A stretch of 63,290 bases of DNA, the filler included, from Collodictyon triciliatum (Eukaryota): NCBI GenBank assembly GCA_043381765.1. It is 6 parts of 6 records of this genome, joined end to end, with 100 filler letters (N's around TTAATTAATTAA, not from the genome) between each part and the next. Parts side by side here need not be neighbours in the genome. Positions count along the whole stretch, not along the records: positions 59,315 to 63,290 come from JBHJMP010002313.1; 5 more parts are not named here. One strand, given 5' to 3'. Position numbers and translations under genes: made by a program. Numbering within the stretch: position 1 is the first letter of the stretch; the number at the start of each line of letters is the position of its first letter. Under the pieces are notes generated by a model. That model searched no databases and was not told the DNA's origin. It was given only the letters and a program-made list of their open reading frames with translations. Below, piece after piece: positions 59,478 through 63,290 of this stretch.

Positions 59478-62400
59478 CAACTCTAACGAAATAAGTGACA
59501 TAGCCTGTCGCAGGTGTCTCTGCTAGAAATACCAGAGTAAAGGTCTTTCCATCGAATCCAACAATAACCTACATACCATTTGTCACAGTGGTTCACCTCT
59601 TTTTCTCATACGAATAATACAAGATTTGACATCCACATAACAGCAATATACTTTAACAAAGAAGACATGTTGAAACGAGTACCTCAGATTGGACTTTTGA
59701 GCCGCGACTGTCAATAACTTCAACATCACTTCGAGGGACAACAAACCGCACAAACTCACGACGTAAAAATCCAAGGGAATTGTGAAGGGTAACAACAGCA
59801 CTCTTTTATATACATAGATTTAAGAATTTAACAAAGGTGATTTCTGACGCCATTAAGCGTAGTACTGCACTGAGAGCATATTCTCTTTAAAATTTGTTTT
59901 GTTGATCATGTAATATTACATCGGAGGGATTCAGATTCATCAAGATAGACTCATCCACTGTTAATCCAATGCTTTGGTTGTTTTGAGTATTCATCAGTCG
60001 GTTTAAACTTGTCTCAAGAACCTAGTTTCAAGAGCAGATACATTCTTTTCAGTTAATTTTTTCTCGTTATAGGAGAGAATTGCAGCTTTCTCTTGTGATA
60101 TTTTGGTCATACTGTATATAATAATGCTAATAAGTATTATATCCGGAAGTTTTCAATTAGTTGAATTGAGTACCGAGTTAGACCCCATTGTAGCAGATTC
60201 TAAACGCTTGAAATAATCATCATTCACGTGACTCTTGGCGGTTCCTGTATAATCAAAAAGGAGGATTTTTTTAGTAGAACAGAAAATGATGAATATTTGA
60301 AAAGAGTAAGATTTTTTACTAAGAACATGATATAATTCTTTTTATACGGATGAGTACCTGTAACAGCGTCGTGGTGTTGATTAATCCCTGTCTCCTATAT
60401 CGATATAATATTCTTACTATGTCCTGGTTTTACTGTAGATTTTTATCACAACCCAAGCCAGGAATGAAGTTATGATTAAAATTAATTTTAACTATGATAT
60501 GGTATACCCTCCTTCCAGTTTCAATCTGGGCGTGAAGAGAAGATGCAGACAATCTACCAGTTGCCTGGTCTTCAACCAGGGCGGCGGTGAATGACGTTTC
60601 GGCATCGTGCAGAATGGATTGGCGAGTGGATATTGCTTGTTTCAGAACCGGACGCGAGGTGTAGTATCCCTAGTTTAAGTTCCGTGGATGTATGGTTAAA
60701 CAATATCCCTTCGGTGCTTACCATGTCCAGTATTATTGATTGGGAATATGATTTTAAACGGGCTAGTTTTTTGTTTTTGTTTTTTGTTTTTTTGTTTTTT
60801 GTTTTTTGTCTTTTGTCTTTTGTTTTTTGTTTTTGTTCCTGTTGTTGTTCTAAAAAAAATCACCGTCCACCAGCTGTCATCATTATCAGCATATGGGAAA
60901 AAATCATCTTTGAAGACTGGGAAAACTTGGTTTGTTGAATGCAATGCACTGAAGAACTAAGATGAGTTGGTCAAACAAAATCCTTACATAAAAAATGAAC
61001 AGGATGATATCGCATATAAGCTGTATGAATCTCAATCATACGGCCATATGTTTTTTTATTTACGCACAAGAGAGAAAATGGCAGGAAATAGAACCTCAGC
61101 AAGTGTGGAGTAGCGAAGCTGCACACCATATTCCGAGGAGCGGGCGTTGATGTACTCTATGAAGATTTTTAGATGTTTTGAGTAATTTGTGATTTACAGG
61201 ACAACCGTCGATATGACTTCGTCTCAAATAAATCATGTCATTTAACCAATGAGCTTTCCCATGTTCGAAAACTGATATTCAGCCCTTTGAAACTTGAAAT
61301 CGTCCCCAAACGGAATCAGAAGTTGATTCGTCAAGAACCAGTTGGAGCGTTCCTACGGATTAGTGTAACAATGAAATTAATCCTTAATACTCTATCGAAC
61401 TTGAGTGGCAAAATTGATAGATCAAGAAATTATATCAAGACATATGTACCTTCATTTGGCGAACAAATTCATCTGCGCGAGACTTTATATTAAGGTCTGT
61501 AATCGGAGGAACACCATTTTCCCAATCAAACCCACTATAAATATGCGATATGATTCAGAGGACGGGAACAGTAAAATTAGAGTTCAGATAATCGCATTAT
61601 ATTCAATTGATATCTTTCCGAATGAATATTAACTATGGGGCACTGTAGTGCGAATCTAATATGTGCGTAAACAATTCAGCGTCTTGTCCACGACTTTTCG
61701 AACCTCTCCACACGAATTCCTTCATTTTTGTTTGGATTTATTTAATTTTTGTATAAAAAGAAAATGTCAGAAGATTATCATGCGATTATCCACATCATAA
61801 TTTGATTATTTTTTTTTTTAAAAAAAAAAAAAAGTACCATGTGTTTTTTGGATTTGTACTGGTCCTAACCACAAACATCGTCATTGCATTAATATTTCGG
61901 ACAACAAAAAATAAAAGGTATTTAATATCAAAATGCGAATGCGGCGGAACATGGCTATCGGAACGAGATATAATGTGCATGATGTCTTATGAATGGATTT
62001 ACATCATCAGTTTGTTACCTTTTGACGATGCCATATGCGATTGATAACAAGCCCCTCATAGCATGAATCAGCGAGCAATGTTGGCATCGCGGAAGAGAGG
62101 CCAAACATGTCAATCTTGACACGTAAAAAAAATCCACTTAAAACGGGTTTTATATTGTATCAAATTAATTATAGGTGATGACAGAATAAAACAAACCTGC
62201 CAAGCAAAGCGAGGCTTCACACCAAAGTTATTCAATACATATTCGTGACCAGTTGTCAACTAAAATGAATCAAAATGTTTAGACTTACCAAAAGACATGA
62301 TGATAGGCACACATGTAATTATCCCTGAGAAGTTGAAAAATGGAGAGGCACGTTTCATTCTTATTTATGCAGTATTTAGTGCAGCTGGATACTTGAGAGA

Positions 62401-63290
62401 TAATCGCAACATGGTCGGTGCATGCTTCATCATTTTGAGACCTTTAGTTCAAACATTTATCAGTATTATTTCTAGAACTGTGCTGGAGGTGTATTGAGAG
62501 CATCTTGTATAGCATGTCTTACCACCCCGCTGCAACAATATTGAGTCCAAACAAGACCAGAGCATCAATTAGTGAACCAGACGAATTTTAGGAGGAATGC
62601 ACAGTATAGTATATAATCGTGCGCTAAGTAATTGCAAGAGAAACTGAAAATTTCAAAAGTGTACGAATGATTCTCTTCACGAAAGCAAACAGAAGAAAAG
62701 AAAACCTCCCACAAACTCAATCTGTCCGCTCTGAACAAGAGCCTTCCAGGCATCCTTCGTTTCGAGGGTTTGCTCCTCGTACCACCGGCTGAAGTATGAT
62801 CTACACAGCATCACAATTAATGCAAAAATATAATTATGCTAGCGATGGTGACGATGGTGAAAATTATGATAATCACATAGCTGAAATGTTGTAATCAAAG
62901 CAAATGATTCTATGCAGCGAAATGACCATCGAAAGCGTAGTTGTTTTGAAGTATGTGCATCACGAAACCCACATTTCTGACCATATGAAGCGGCGCGAAG
63001 GGTCTCTTTGAAGGGCAACAACGACCCCACTGAGGATAACTTTGACTTGTTCCTGGTAATACTCCTGAAAGCAGAAAAAGAAAAGCAATTATGACGAGAC
63101 TATACAGGGTTGCAAGCCAATCTAGTTCCTTTGGCATCAGATTGCAGAGAATCCGACAGAAATGTCATGAGCCCACATATATTTTTTTATATAAAAGAAA
63201 AGAAGCGGGAAGAATACGTCAAAAACAAATAAAAGGCGAAGAGAAAAACCTCGAAGGTCAACAGCCAACCAGGATCGCAATGGCTGTGGG
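59478..63290 (-). CDS. Glycoside hydrolase family 38 (lysosomal-type) alpha-mannosidase, multi-exon, partial at both ends
   Basis: PHSHCDPGWL, RRFIWSEISYFSRWY, LVQSGQIEFVGAGWSQNDEA, PRFAWQIDMFG, EFVWRGS, IPFGDDF, DFFPYADNDDSWWTGYYTSRP and QHHDAVTGTAK occur in order across GT-AG introns. Confidence 0.93.

Noticed and set aside
62910..63137. ORF with signal-peptide-like start (MPKELDWL...)
   Set aside because: Mostly intron plus the wrong frame of a mannosidase exon; the true gene starts beyond the window end.

Overview
AT-rich, intron-dense eukaryotic genomic DNA using the standard code. It is probably a flagellated protist, since CEP290 is present, and it carries at least one minor-spliceosome (U12) intron. 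The window is a patchwork of roughly 11-12 kb segments joined by artificial N44-TTAATTAATTAA-N44 linkers, so gene order across linkers may not be real. Genes, in order: (1) a >9.9 kb intronless ORF for a giant WD40 + Cys-rich repeat + multi-pass membrane protein; (2) first exon of a NIPA-family transporter (-); (3) C-terminal ~60% of CEP290; (4) a large C2H2 zinc-finger/coiled-coil/acidic protein of unknown function (-); (5) a divergent U2AF65-like splicing factor; (6) a DOMON + cytochrome b561 protein (-); (7) a PP2C phosphatase ending in a CaaX box (-); (8) part of a BEACH-family protein; (9) a GH38 alpha-mannosidase (-). There are also decayed LINE-like ORF1 and RT fragments, a family of 20-44 bp A-tailed intronic insertions with target-site duplications (one duplicates a U2AF65 splice donor), a 7-nt microexon and many microsatellites. 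Gene models were built by eye, homologies are from remembered motifs rather than database searches, and outer boundaries are approximate.
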